Assembly (NCBI GenBank): GCA_012295275.1
Contig: CM022677.1
Location: 20,026,001 to 20,090,000 of the forward strand
Direction of reading: 5' to 3'
Source of the DNA: Chrysomallon squamiferum
Lineage: Eukaryota > Animalia > Mollusca
DNA: 64,000 bases
The position numbers were made by a program, and so were the translations under genes. Shown piece after piece: positions 33,512-57,402 of the stretch; position 1 is the first letter of the stretch; each line of letters starts with the position of its first letter. Below the pieces are notes generated by a model. It worked only from the letters and a program-made list of their open reading frames with translations, was not told the origin of the DNA and did not search any database.

Positions 33512-33707
33512 AATATTTTATCTGAACAGTAAATGTTGATAAACTGAAAAGGATTGCAGGCTTAGAGGTTCCCAAGCTGGATTATTCTGGAATAGTCACT
33601 CTCAGTGTACAAGGGAAAATATTGTCATTATCTTCTAGACTTTGCAGTTTCAAATGAAATTAATCATGCATTTTGATTAGTATATTAATTTTATCTCACA
33701 TTATTAT

Positions 33708-33742
<35 letters not shown>

Positions 33743-35504
33743 TTATGGTTATTTTCAAGTATTCTTTCATAGAATTAAACTTTTTCTTTTACATAATTAT
33801 CACTCTTATTATTACCACAAAAGAGATTATAATTTTTTTTTTTATCAGGAAAACTATAAGTTTAAAGTTTTGTTTTGCTTGAATTCATTGTATGAAAGAA
33901 TTTTCTAAAATGTATTGTTATTGTTTAAAATAATTTCATATATTGATGAGAAACTGATCAGAAATTATTTTTCAAAAAATATTTGGGTTAAGAATGTTAT
34001 AAAAACTAAGAAAAATAGTTTTTTGAAACTTATGTTCTCTACAACAATAAATATTAATAAAATACCATTTATAGTTTTACCTTTTTGTTATAAACACATA
34101 TACAGCATTGTTGTGGGACACATCTATGTAACAGGGTCTGTAATAACTCCTCTAGCCCCTAGGTAAGGGACCAATGAGCCACCCATTACTGTCCTATGGG
34201 CCATGATCTCAGACAGTGAAACTAGCTCTCTGAACAATATGGGTGACAGTCACATGTATAGAAGCAGCATTGGTAGTGGACAAACATCACTACCATTTTG
34301 CAGTTAGGACTTTATGAGATGGCTCAAGAACCCACAAAGCTCATCAGTCCTCATTTTTTTTTCCAACATGTGTCAAATGTAAACAAACAGACCAGCAGTC
34401 TTGAGGTGTCATTTTTTGGATGCATCGCTGATGGTGGTAGTTTCAAGAATATTTTTATATTTCCCAGAATTTGTCTTGATTTTCTGAAATCTGACAAATG
34501 GAGGTGTTATCATTATAAATAGTGGTAAGATATAATGGGTTGACACATTTCCATATTTTTGGGGCACTAGCCCAAAACAGTGGAGACCTAACATGAGGTA
34601 AATAAAACAAAACAGGAGAAAAAGAAATAACAATAGACTTTCTGCAAATGAAATTTTCAGGAAGAAATTCAGTTCAGTTGTAAATAGATGGAGTAATTGT
34701 TGTTGCTATATTTTCATGCATGCTTTTGTTAAAATTGATAACAAAATGTTTATTTGATATAACTTCCATTTGTCTGGCAGTGGCCAATTATAATTTGTTT
34801 TAGCAAATGTCCTTGAACCCTTTTTAAACCATGTTCTATCAGACAAGAAAGTCTGTTTAATGTATTATGCCTTATTCTGAATAAAGAGCCAATACATTTT
34901 GCTGGATTTAGTTTAAACAAAGCTAACTACAATAGAATTTAACATTTTTTATTTTTATTTATTTATTTTTTATTTATATTTATTATTATTATATAGTTTT
35001 TTCTTTCCTTAATTGTAATTTATAAACATTTAGGATTAACTGGTCAAGAGAAATCCTGAAGCAGTTAATATATTATTTAATTTCTAATAAACAAAAATAT
35101 TTAAAATAATTTAACAATGTAATACGTATCAAGTATTTTTATAATTAAAGTAATAAAAACAATGTTAAACTGGTGGCAATTTAATTTAACATTTTGTATT
35201 TTTATAATCATAAAGAATCTCATCAGAAAAATTAATATCATTAAAACTTATTTATATTTCGATTTCATGCATGATTTTTTCTTCTTGCTTTTGTTTGGGC
35301 TGTATTTACTTTTTTTGTTATTTTTTTAATACTTTTTTTTTAGTTCTTAATACAGAACAATTGAAATTAATACAGCAAATTATTTGTAAATTACAAGAAA
35401 CCAACAAACAAACAAAAACATATTTTCAAATAAATTTTTATTTCATAATAAATACATTAAAGGTTATGAATTATATATAATATACTTCATTTTAACATTT
35501 AATT

Positions 35505-42936
<7,432 letters not shown>

Positions 42937-43366
42937 AGTTTCTGAAGAAAAAGACCAACCTCAAATAGTTCATTTTGTCAATTAAGAATCACCCATTCTC
43001 AAAAAGAAATTTAATTAAAAAAATAAAAGTTTTCTAAATTAAAAAATAAAATGAATAAATGTGTTTAACAAAGGTGAAATAATTTTAGTATCTGTAGTTA
43101 AGTTTTGCTATTTTGCTTAGATAATTAAAAAGTAAGAAATATTCAGCCATCACTGTAAGAGCTATTTTTATCACTTAGCAACAAATTGTTTTAAAAAGTA
43201 AATGCTGTCAAATCAGCTATGGGATATTGTAAAAAGAAAAAAAGAAAACAGAATGAAAACACTGAGGACTGATTCATTTCTACTGCATATCAAATAGCTA
43301 GCTACATATTTACAGATGTAACAGTATTTTGCACACACACACACAAACGCGCGCGCGCACACACAC

Positions 43367-43403
<37 letters not shown>

Positions 43404-44065
43404 GCCAAGTATGTTTAAATATGTATATTCTATAGGCATAGAGCAACACTGAAAAAAAAAAAAACCACATTAATTCATCTTCATACGTATTTTAAATATT
43501 TCCTTATGTCAAATTTATTATTTAAGAAAATAAGTACCATTAATTAATTAAAAATTTATAATCTTAAAATTGTTATGGTTTATTATCAATGACTCAATTG
43601 CAAATTTAAAACTTTCAAGCCAGTTTAATGACTTACTCAGTAATTTTTCAGAAAACTTTTGGTTATCATACTATTTTCTTTCTTTTTCTTCTTATTATTA
43701 TTATTATAATTTTTTTTTTTTTTTCAGTTTTAATTTGTCTGATTTTTTTTCATTACCATAACGATTATAAAATGATAAGAAACATCATGCCATCTCTGCT
43801 TCAAATTTCATGCTATTCTTAACTAAGATATAATATTATTGTTATTATTATTATTATAAATCTGTGGGATAGACTTCTATCTTAATTCTGGGATTACAGC
43901 AGACTTGTTTTAGCATTATCACAGTTACCATGATTATGATCTTACTAATGTAATAAGTACATTTTACGATCTACATATAATTATTTGGGAAAAAAATATA
44001 TATTCTATATTCAAATTTTTGGTACATCTCTCAAAACTAATAAAAAATAATATTAAAACACATAC

Positions 44066-44200
44066 CGGATTGATAATTTCCGCAAAAATATTTTCTTCGC
44101 AAACCCAATTTATCCACAACTCTTTCAGCGAGCAGACGACAGATAATGATTACTTACTCGCATTTGATTGGTCAATACAGTGCGTTCCCGCCAGAGAATG
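44066..44200 (-). promoter_or_regulatory. Probable PRDM9 promoter and non-coding first exon
   Basis: Donor CCG|GTATGT at 44066/44065 matches the acceptor TTTCTTCAG at 42942, 5 nt before the ATG. CCAAT at 44171-44167, E2F-type TTCCCGCC at 44185-44192, and a local CpG-containing patch. Confidence 0.55.
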
Positions 44201-44364
44201 TTGCAGACTCACAATTCATGGCCGTAAGTATTCTCTTCTTTTTCGCTCTCTCCTTTTATTATTATTATTTTTTTTTTTTCACCTAATAGATGTTAAATCA
44301 TGTCCTTAGCCGATTCAGAATAAAAATAAATAAATAAACAAATAAATAAATCAATCAATCAATA

Positions 44365-44409
<45 letters not shown>

Positions 44410-44545
44410 TATTATTATTATTATAGAAATTCACGTCATTTTGAAAGTTCTGATATAATAATCGATGGGATTCAGTAATTATTGAAAATAAACACTTTCT
44501 GAATTTATTTTTAGATTAATCAAAACTTTGAAATCGACATAACAA

Positions 44546-44615
<70 letters not shown>

Positions 44616-45367
44616 GAATAATTAAATAAATAAACGACTTAACAGACTGGAACTATTTTGTGCTGAGGATAATCTTAAAATGTCAGATAAAACAAACACA
44701 TTTTCAAATGAAATTATAAATTTTAATTAATGTGATGAATAGCTAAGTATAATATGGTATGTTTCACAAAGCATTAACAAGAACAGTAAACAGTAGGCTA
44801 AACAAGATTGACGTCTGCATAATTTTATGAACACTGTATGTACTCCTGCGTAAGTAAATAGGCCTAATTTAATCAGTGACGTTCACTGCAGATTACGTAG
44901 CTCTAAAAACCTAACTGGTTAGCCAATCAGAATCGAGTATTTTCTCTACGTTTCTGAAAGAATTTGTCTGTCGTCTGCTAAGGTGGATCTAGAGATCACG
45001 ATATATTTTGGAGCCTCACCATGTCAATATGGCCTCGAGGATGGTAATATAACAAACGATAAAATAAAAAATAAATAAAAAAATCAGAATGAAAATAAAT
45101 ATTTAATAATGTCTGCTATAATACAGACTGATATAAATAGACTCGCATAATATATTCATCATAAAATTCAAAACATTAAATATACTCACAGTATAAATAA
45201 TCGATTTTTAATTTTAATTTTTATTTATTTATTTATTTATTTATTACTATTTTTTTTATTATTGTTATTTTCTAATCGTATATTTCATAATATGAGTAGG
45301 GAGACTTTTAAAACTGAAATTATAGAACTTTGAACAGTCCAAATAATTCCGTGCCCTTATTTAATTA

Positions 45368-45413
<46 letters not shown>

Positions 45414-45759
45414 TACATTGGGTTTGTGTCTGTGTTAAAATATCATTAATATTATATTATTTCAAAAATTTAATAAAATATAGCGCATATACATTTAATA
45501 CAAAAAATAGGTTACATATGTATGTGTGTGTATATATATATACATATATAAAACAAAAAAGAAAATAATGTATTTCTCAGTTTTTTTTTTTTTTTCTAGT
45601 TAGAAACAGAATTTAATTTTCTTCTCTCTCCATCTTTCATATATATATATATATTTTTTTTTTTTTGCTCTCTCTCTCTCTCTCTCTCTCCATTCTAGTT
45701 GTCTTTTTTCTTTTCACTCTCGAAACCAAACGAAATATAGTAAATATTAATAATTTCCT

Positions 45760-48883
<3,124 letters not shown>

Positions 48884-49347
48884 AATGAAGGTAACAACTC
48901 AGATACACAATCTCACGAGCACAAAATATCCTTGGGAAACAAAACAAAGCAAGAAAACATCTAAAATAACTACAAGATTCGCGCAACAAATTAAACGTAA
49001 ACTCACAGTGTCCTGTAACAGACACGGTTCAGTGAGCAGGACATATGTTGGATGCAAGTATAAGAAGCCAACAAAAAAAAATATATATATATTAAAAGAA
49101 TTCATGGAAAACCAACGTGAAAAGAATTTTGTGTTGGAGTTCAGCATGAATGAGCCTTGGCAAAATATACAGGTCTGGTAGAATAAATTATATCCAGTTT
49201 CATCTTCTTTTTTTTTTTTTTTTAAAAGAAGAAAAATGATGTGTGTATGTGCGTTCAAGTAGAACTATGCAAAGCCACAAATCTACACATACACACATAT
49301 GAAAATAAATGAGAAAAGTAGCAAAACAATTTTATTTTGTTGTTCTT

Positions 49348-49425
<78 letters not shown>

Positions 49426-49877
49426 GTAAATAAAGTTTGAATAAAGAAAGTTGAGCGTGACTAAGTAAAAAATAAAATAAAATGGAGGGAGTGGTCTTTT
49501 GACGTCAGTTCAAAAACAGAAAAGAGGACATTATAAACACAACTGCATAATGGGCGGATGCTAAAAAAAAATGTGTCTGTTTCAAGTTGTTAATAGTTTT
49601 TATTACCCAGGGAGCACATTATCTAGAAAACTCTGGAAACATTTAAACACAGGATTTGAAGTCGTGTAAAAACATTGCTATGATTTGTTGATGTGTGAAT
49701 ACGACTCATTTTATTAACTTGTATGAATGGTTATGAAAAGGTGAAGAACACACCCACACACACCCACAAACACACACAAATATACATATACAGACTAATA
49801 TTATAGTATACACACACACACATACACACAGACACACATATATATATATATATAAATATATATACATACACAGATAT

Positions 49878-49956
<79 letters not shown>

Positions 49957-51068
49957 GGAGTGGTCCCAAAACAACTACATTTATTTAAATGATTCATGTG
50001 ATGTTTAAAAAGAACATTAACTTGTCAAGACAAAAAAAAAAAAAAAAATTGCTGTCTGGACAGGGAAATGCTGAATACAGTCATCACAGGCCTGGTGAGG
50101 TGAAAGACAGCTGGTTCAATCCTCAGTAACTTTCTGTCTGTGTCTAACAGTGTCAGTAATTTTGTTTTTATTGTACTTGCACTTCTTAAGATTTGAAATT
50201 GTTGTTTTTCTGTCTTTCTTTCTGTTTTTCTAAATAATTTATTATCTTTTTAAGTGTCTCTTTTTTTGGGGTTTTTTTTAGACACTTCTCCCCACCCCAG
50301 AAATGCTTTGGATTTTGTACTGGGCCCACATGTACTGTAATGTTCAAGCATGAACTGTGGATGGTGTTAGGTTAGAATTTGCTTACGATCTAATGGGAGT
50401 TAATCTGTCAAATTTTTGTCTGTTAAATAAATAACATAACATATCATATCATATCATAATGTGCAAGACAGAATTTCTCATCTTTCTGATGCACCTTTGC
50501 TTCAGCCACTGCCTAAGGATGCGAGAAAGGCTGTAAATGAGAAGGTGTATCTGTAACAGAAACTTTCTGCTAATTATTTTACAACGGGATGTTAAGCCAT
50601 TATGTCATTTTTTATCCCCCTCTCATTTATGTTATCATTGTGCAAGTAATAACAGGCCCTCTTAATTTTAATCATATTTAACTGATAATTAATGGACAGA
50701 GGGAATAAATGAAGAAAGAAAGGAAGAAGGAAGGAAGCAGGAAAAAAAGAAGAAAAGAAGAAATTGCTTATTTATGGACTGTGAGTTAAGGTCAACTCAG
50801 ATACTAAGAGAAAACCTGCTGGTATAATAGGTGTATTTTTATAATGTGGACACCTGCAACAGGTGATAACCAGTAACGTGATATACACAGACACTCACAA
50901 AGGTTTATCTGCCACAGACACACCCTGTCTTTGTCAGAGAGCATGCCTGTTGCAGAAGTGAGTCACAACAGCTCACTCTGATTAGCACGTCAATTGTTTT
51001 CCATTTCAAGTTGTATGATTCAGCGGAACTGTGCAAGTCAGAACATATGTATTGATGGGTAGCAATAT

Positions 51069-51123
<55 letters not shown>

Positions 51124-51326
51124 GTGTGTGTTCATGCTTATATAAAGAATAGAAACAAACACAATATAATAGCAACATAAAAGTTTACTGTCTGTTATCT
51201 CAGTATATCACAAGTTATTTACATAAATAATATATCAAGTATATGTCAACATTGCTAATGGTATTAATGAGATATAAGCAGGGTTTATTTTACTGACCAA
51301 TCAATATTGAATAGAAATCATGGAGA

Positions 51327-51387
<61 letters not shown>

Positions 51388-51988
51388 TGCAGCAGACAAA
51401 CAAAAAAAAAAAAAAAATAAAAAAAAAAAAAAAAAAGAGAGAAACAGAATCAGACAAAGAGAGGTATCAACTACAAAATTGTATATTACGAACATTTGAC
51501 AAGTATTATTTGCAAAAATTTCCTGCTTTGCAAAATTATGACTGTTGTTTTAAAAAAAAAAGATTTCAAAATCAGTTTAACTATTTGGTCAGTTTCACAA
51601 CCAGTTTCAACAAAGATATCATTCAATTTGGACGGTGGGTTTAAAAAAAAAACCCCAAAATCTTCACTCAAAGATATGCAAGTATAAAACATTTTATGAA
51701 AAATAAAAGTAGAATAAAAACACAAATTATTATTGCTGTATTGTTCTCTGATAAAAGCTACTGATATAAATTTTTAAAACAATGGTGGTGTGATAATTAT
51801 GAAATTACAAAAATATCAAGTTTAAAAACAATTTTGAAAACTTTATGATATATGTGTGTGTGTGTGTGCATATATCATATATATATGTATATATATATAT
51901 GGTAAAATAATGTATAATGCTTTCTTAAAAACATAAAACAGTAAACATTTTGTTCTCTTTTGTTTTATTTGCCAAGTAAAGGGACCGA

Positions 51989-52028
<40 letters not shown>

Positions 52029-54199
52029 CTTTGCTTATCCAAAAATTTGACTTCTTTATTAGTTTGTATCTTAGGTTATAAAAGAAATATAACAAATAAA
52101 ACATTTTAAAATTTGAATTCGTAACAAACCTTGATGTCTGGTGACAAAGTGATATATATATATATATAAAAATATATAAAAACTATTTTAACATGCTACT
52201 AAAATGTACATTCATCATAAGTTTATTACTAAAATACTGAAAGAAAATGTATCTGGGTTCCTAGCTATGAAAATTTTAAAATAAGTAACATTAATAGTTT
52301 TCATTTATTCAATGAAATTGTTTAAATTTATATATATCAAGATACACTTTTAATCTTTAAAATGTCTACACAACCAAGCAATAAAACATTTTTATTAAGT
52401 TAAAAACTTTAAATATAAAACATACATAAATATTGAAAACATGTTAAGAAACTCCCCCTCCCCAAAACAAACTGATTTTAAATTTCAAATTAAAAATAAA
52501 GTCAACGCATGGCTCGCAAAATTAAAATGTATTTTTAAAACCAGACTAAAATATTTTTACATTACAAGATAAAAAAAAAGAAAAAAAAAAAAGAAGAAAT
52601 ATTTTGATTAAAGACAAGACAGATGGACAGACAATCACACATACATATATTTACATAAATAAAATTAATACTGGAATGAACAAAAACATACATTTATATT
52701 CACAAAAACGACAAACTTGTATACATACATACGTACATACACAGACAAACAGACAAAAGCACTGTTTTTGATAACATTTTACCTCTGATACAAGTGACAA
52801 ACAGAGAAGCACCTGAAGTCATCATTAAAAATATTATGTGTCAGGGTAGGATCCGCAATTTCAGAAAACTGGGACACAATCAACCCAGTTATATAATGTT
52901 TTGATTTAATAAAAAATAAAAATACCATACCCCCTTCCCCGAACAGGTTGGTGTTTTCCAATGAACCCCTGTGAGTGTACACACACACCTTACAGCAAAT
53001 CTTAATTCTACAGGTAGTTATAAATAAAGAACAAATAACAAATATAGATTTTTCTACGGCAAAAACATTAAACATTTTCTCTTAAGAACATTCCTCCATT
53101 TTTCTCTTGTATATAATTTATTTTATCTCTTTTATTTCTTTCTACTTTTTCATTTTCATTTTTGAATTTATTTATTTTTAATGTTAAATAAATTGATTTT
53201 TCTTTAATTTTTCTGCAATATTTTCTTTTTATACAATATTCGTTCCTTTACTTATTCATTTTTATTCTAGATTTTATAATTTTATCATTCGTCTTTCGTA
53301 CAATTCCTCCTCAAATCCTTGAGCATCATAGCTCAAGCTATATATATATATATAATTTTTTCCCCTGATAGTTCATTAACAACATACTTTTGTTCACAGT
53401 GTCAAATAGCTTGGGATCTGAAATATATGGGTTCAAGTCCCTTTCACAGAAGTCTTTAATTTTTTTTTTTTTTTTTTTTTTTGAATTATTGTTAGTTGGA
53501 ATCCCAAGTGCAGTGACAAAATATTTCAATTTTTCAGTGATGACATAAAACATTTTTCATCACAAAGCCACTCAGAACTGTAAATATATATATATTTTTT
53601 CACAGCTGTTTCAATACAACAGATCATTCAGCAACCACAGGATACAGAAGTGTAGCAATGCCTAACCAGCTATTTATAGACTGTCAACGTTTATTTTCAG
53701 CTGGTATGGCTTTAGTAACATGGTCACGCTTGACTGCATTTTGAAAATGTTTATGTTCTGGGTCATTCTGTTCAGTCATGCATGAAACTGACCTGTTGAC
53801 CATGTAGGTCTGTGATAAGAAGATTTTGTAAATAAACATTTGATGAGGTGATGTAGTCTATGTAAAAATTTGGTTGGTATATGAATGGCAGTGCTGAAGT
53901 TCAGAATTTCTCCATTAAGCTTGTTATACTTTTTCTTTTTTTTCTTATCTTGTTTACTGATTTACTAATCCATTCCAGTGTCTGTCTGTCTCTCTGTCTG
54001 TCTGTCTGTCTGTCTCACTTTCAAAGTTTGTTAATTCAGAAATGGACGAACTGGAAAGGTAGATGAATGCAATCATACATACCAATGAACAGATAAATAA
54101 TTTCATTACTTCTTTTTAAATCTTTCTCAAGTGAATGAATGAAACCGCTTAGGCGTGACAATATCCATTTTCAAACCACTCTGTGATAAAGTTAATTAA

Positions 54200-55080
54200 T
54201 TCAAAAGTCGACAAAAATAGGCAGTCATGCATGACTTGTCAATTTTTGGTATTTTCAAATCCTTTCATGACATACGAAAAACTTCATAAATTCTAAAGTA
54301 GACAAAATATGCAATCAGGCATGGCATATCCAGTACTTCTGTATCAGTCAGGAAATTGATTTGCTAGTCCAATGAAGCATGACTTGTGTAATTTTCATGG
54401 ATCTCTCCATCAAAGATGACATAAATTATGCATGTCAGTCACAATGAATATTGACAGTTTCTGTTCTTGTCTTTCTGATATTTTGTAAGTGTGATGTCAC
54501 AGTGTCCAGTTTTGAGCTCTGACACTTCATAAATCCAAAGATGGACAATCAAATGCAATCATCCATGGCAAGGTCCATTTCTCAGTCTGTTCTTTTGAAA
54601 AACTTTATAAACCATCTAGCTGCCTCAGAATTGAGATGATACTTTGTACAGTTTTGATCCTGGCTCTTTTAAATATATATATTTTTTTAAAAATCCAGAG
54701 ATTAGAAAACAGACTTAGTCATCCATGACAATGTCCATTTTTTTTGTTTTTTGTTTTTTTTTTGCACATTGTCTTTTGAAACTGTTTGTAACATTTAATA
54801 ATGGACGTATAGTTGTGTGGAGGTAATGGCAGTTTTTTTGTTTGTTTTTTTGCTCTAGTTTTGTGAAACTCTTTATTAAAAACATTTCATAAAGCTGTGT
54901 GGAATTAGTGTCCAGTTTGAACCTGGACTTTTCAAAAATTAAAAAACTTCAAAGATGAATACGAACTTATTCGTTCACGACACAGTCCATTTTTTTTTTT
55001 TTGCACTGATCGACTGAAACAACTTTATAAATCTCTTAACTGTCACAGAACTGTGACAATGCTTTGTCAAGATGTGTTCC
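54200..55080. repeat. Degenerate tandem repeat in the presumptive ZO-1 3' UTR
   Basis: Recurrent blocks such as AAAGATGGACAA..GCAATCATCCATG.CAA.GTCCATTT, GTGTCCAGTTT.GA.CCTGG and AACTTTATAAA at ~100-300 bp spacing. Confidence 0.55.
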
Positions 55081-55236
55081 CGAGTCTGTCAAACATTTTA
55101 AAACATTTTCAGTGTTGATGTTGTGAATCCTGGCAGGGTGATGTGTATTGTCAAATCAGTCTGCTGACGCTTTCAGATCAACTAAAACGGAAACGAGGTT
55201 TCAGAAGCGATCGTTGACTAAAATGGAAACGAGGTT

Positions 55237-57212
55237 TCAGAAGTGATCAACTAAAACGGAAACGCTGTTTTTGTTTACTTTCCCCTGCGTAACTCCGTCC
55301 ATTCCGGCTAGCGACATGTTTTGCCATCTTGTCGGGTGACCTGGAAAATAATTTTATATTATTATTTGCAATACTGAGAAGCTGTGTTGAATGTATTATT
55401 GTGAAAAAAAAAAAAAAAGTGTTTTGAAAACCCTAAGAGAATTATTTTAATAATAATAGTGCAAAAAAAAAAATGAAGATGATGAAATGACAACAACAAA
55501 ACTACTACTTCTACTAATAATAATAACATATAATAATAATGGTTATAATGATGATGACAATGATAATGATAATAATAAGTAATAATGATAATAATAATAC
55601 AAACGTAATATTAATAGCAACTAAAAGCAAATAATAATAATAACAACATAAAAATAACAGTAACACAAATAACAATAACAGTTATAATAAGACAGAAGAA
55701 TCACACCTGATTATTAAGAATAAACAGAAGCAAAATTTAGAAGAACTGTAAATACTAGAATGTCAGTCAGAACTAAAACATTCTTTCCAAAAGACAAATC
55801 ACAAATTTTGAAGGACTAAACACACTTACTGGAAGGTAGACTGCTAGATTTAAGTGCAAAAGACTTAAGATATGAGAATATCTGTCACAAATTCTGAATG
55901 ACTAGTGGTACTAGTAGATAGATCTAAATACATTAGATAGTGGATCACTAATTTCAATGAACAAAAGGTACTAGAAGCTGGATCACTAATTCTGAAGGAC
56001 TAGTGATACTTACCAGAAGGTGAATCACTAGACTTGAGGGCGAAGGACCAGCTGTCAGGGTTCACAGAGGCGCAGTGGGGCAGGCGGAGCTCAACTGGTT
56101 TCTGAAACTCAATACCGTGGGGTCCACACATCACCAGCGGACTCAGCAATGTCTCCCCTAGAACATAGAATATTTTGTATTATAATAACCTATAGCAGCA
56201 GTAGTAGTGGTAGTCGTAGAGGTAGTAGTAGTAGTGTTGGTGGTGATAGTAATAGTAGTAGTAGTACTAGTAGTAGTAGTAGTTGTAGTAGTGGTAGTAG
56301 TTGTAGTAGTTATTGTAGTAGTTGTAGTAGTAGTAGTTGTAGAGGTAGTGGTAGTATAGTAGTAGTAGTAGTAGTAGTGGTAGAGGTAGTTGTAGTAGTA
56401 GTAGTAGTAGTAGTAGTAGTTGTAGTAGTGGTAGTGGTAGTGGTAGTGGTAGAGGTAGTAGTAGTAGTAGTAGTTGTATAGTTGTAGTTGTAGTAGTAGT
56501 AATAGTAGTTGTAGTTGTGTCTTTGTAATAGTTGGTGAGATAGTAGTAGTAGTAGTAGTAGTAGTAGTAAGTGTTTGTTTATGTCTTTAGTTGTAGTGTA
56601 GTAGTAGTAGTAGTAATGGAAGTAGTTTACCTCTATCTTTGGTAGTATAGTAGTGTAGTAGTAGTAGTAGTAATGGAATAGTGGTTTACCTCTGTCTTTA
56701 GTTGTAGTAGTAGTAGTAGTAGTAGTAATGGAGTTGTGTTTAGTAGTTGTTGTCTTTAGTTGTAGTGTAGTAGTAGTAGTATATAGTAGTAATGGAAGTG
56801 TTTACCTCTGTCTTTAGTTGTAGTAGTGGTAGTGGTAGTATAGTAGTATAGTAGTAGTAATGGAAGTGTTTACTTCTGTCTTTAGTTGTAGTGTAGTAGT
56901 AGTAGTAGTAGTAGTAGTAGTTTTAGTCTGTCTTTAGTTGTAGTTGTAGTAGTAGTAGTAGTAATGTAAGTGTTTACCTCTGTCTTTGTCCAGTGGGGAA
57001 GAATGCTGTTATCACGACAAACTTTGAAGTAGATTTCCTGTGTCTTGTGCTCACCGATTGCTCCTGGTGGGATTACTATACTCACACCTGTAACAAACAA
57101 ACAAACAAACAAACAAACAAACAAACAAACAAACAAACAAACAAACAAACAAGGAACCAAACAAACATAAATCAATTAACAAAGAATTAAATACATCAAT
57201 AAAATCTTTAAA

Positions 57213-57275
<63 letters not shown>

Positions 57276-57352
57276 ACACTCTCTCTCTCTCTCTCCTCTT
57301 CTCTCTCTCTCTCTGTCTCAATTCATAATTATGGAGATAGGCTGATAAATAA

Positions 57353-57402
<50 letters not shown>

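Noticed and set aside
50080-53445. B-box-like motifs (GGTTCAATCC ~50113, GGTTCAAGTCC ~53430) as tRNA genes
   Set aside because: No cloverleaf or correctly spaced A box. At most these are SINE debris.
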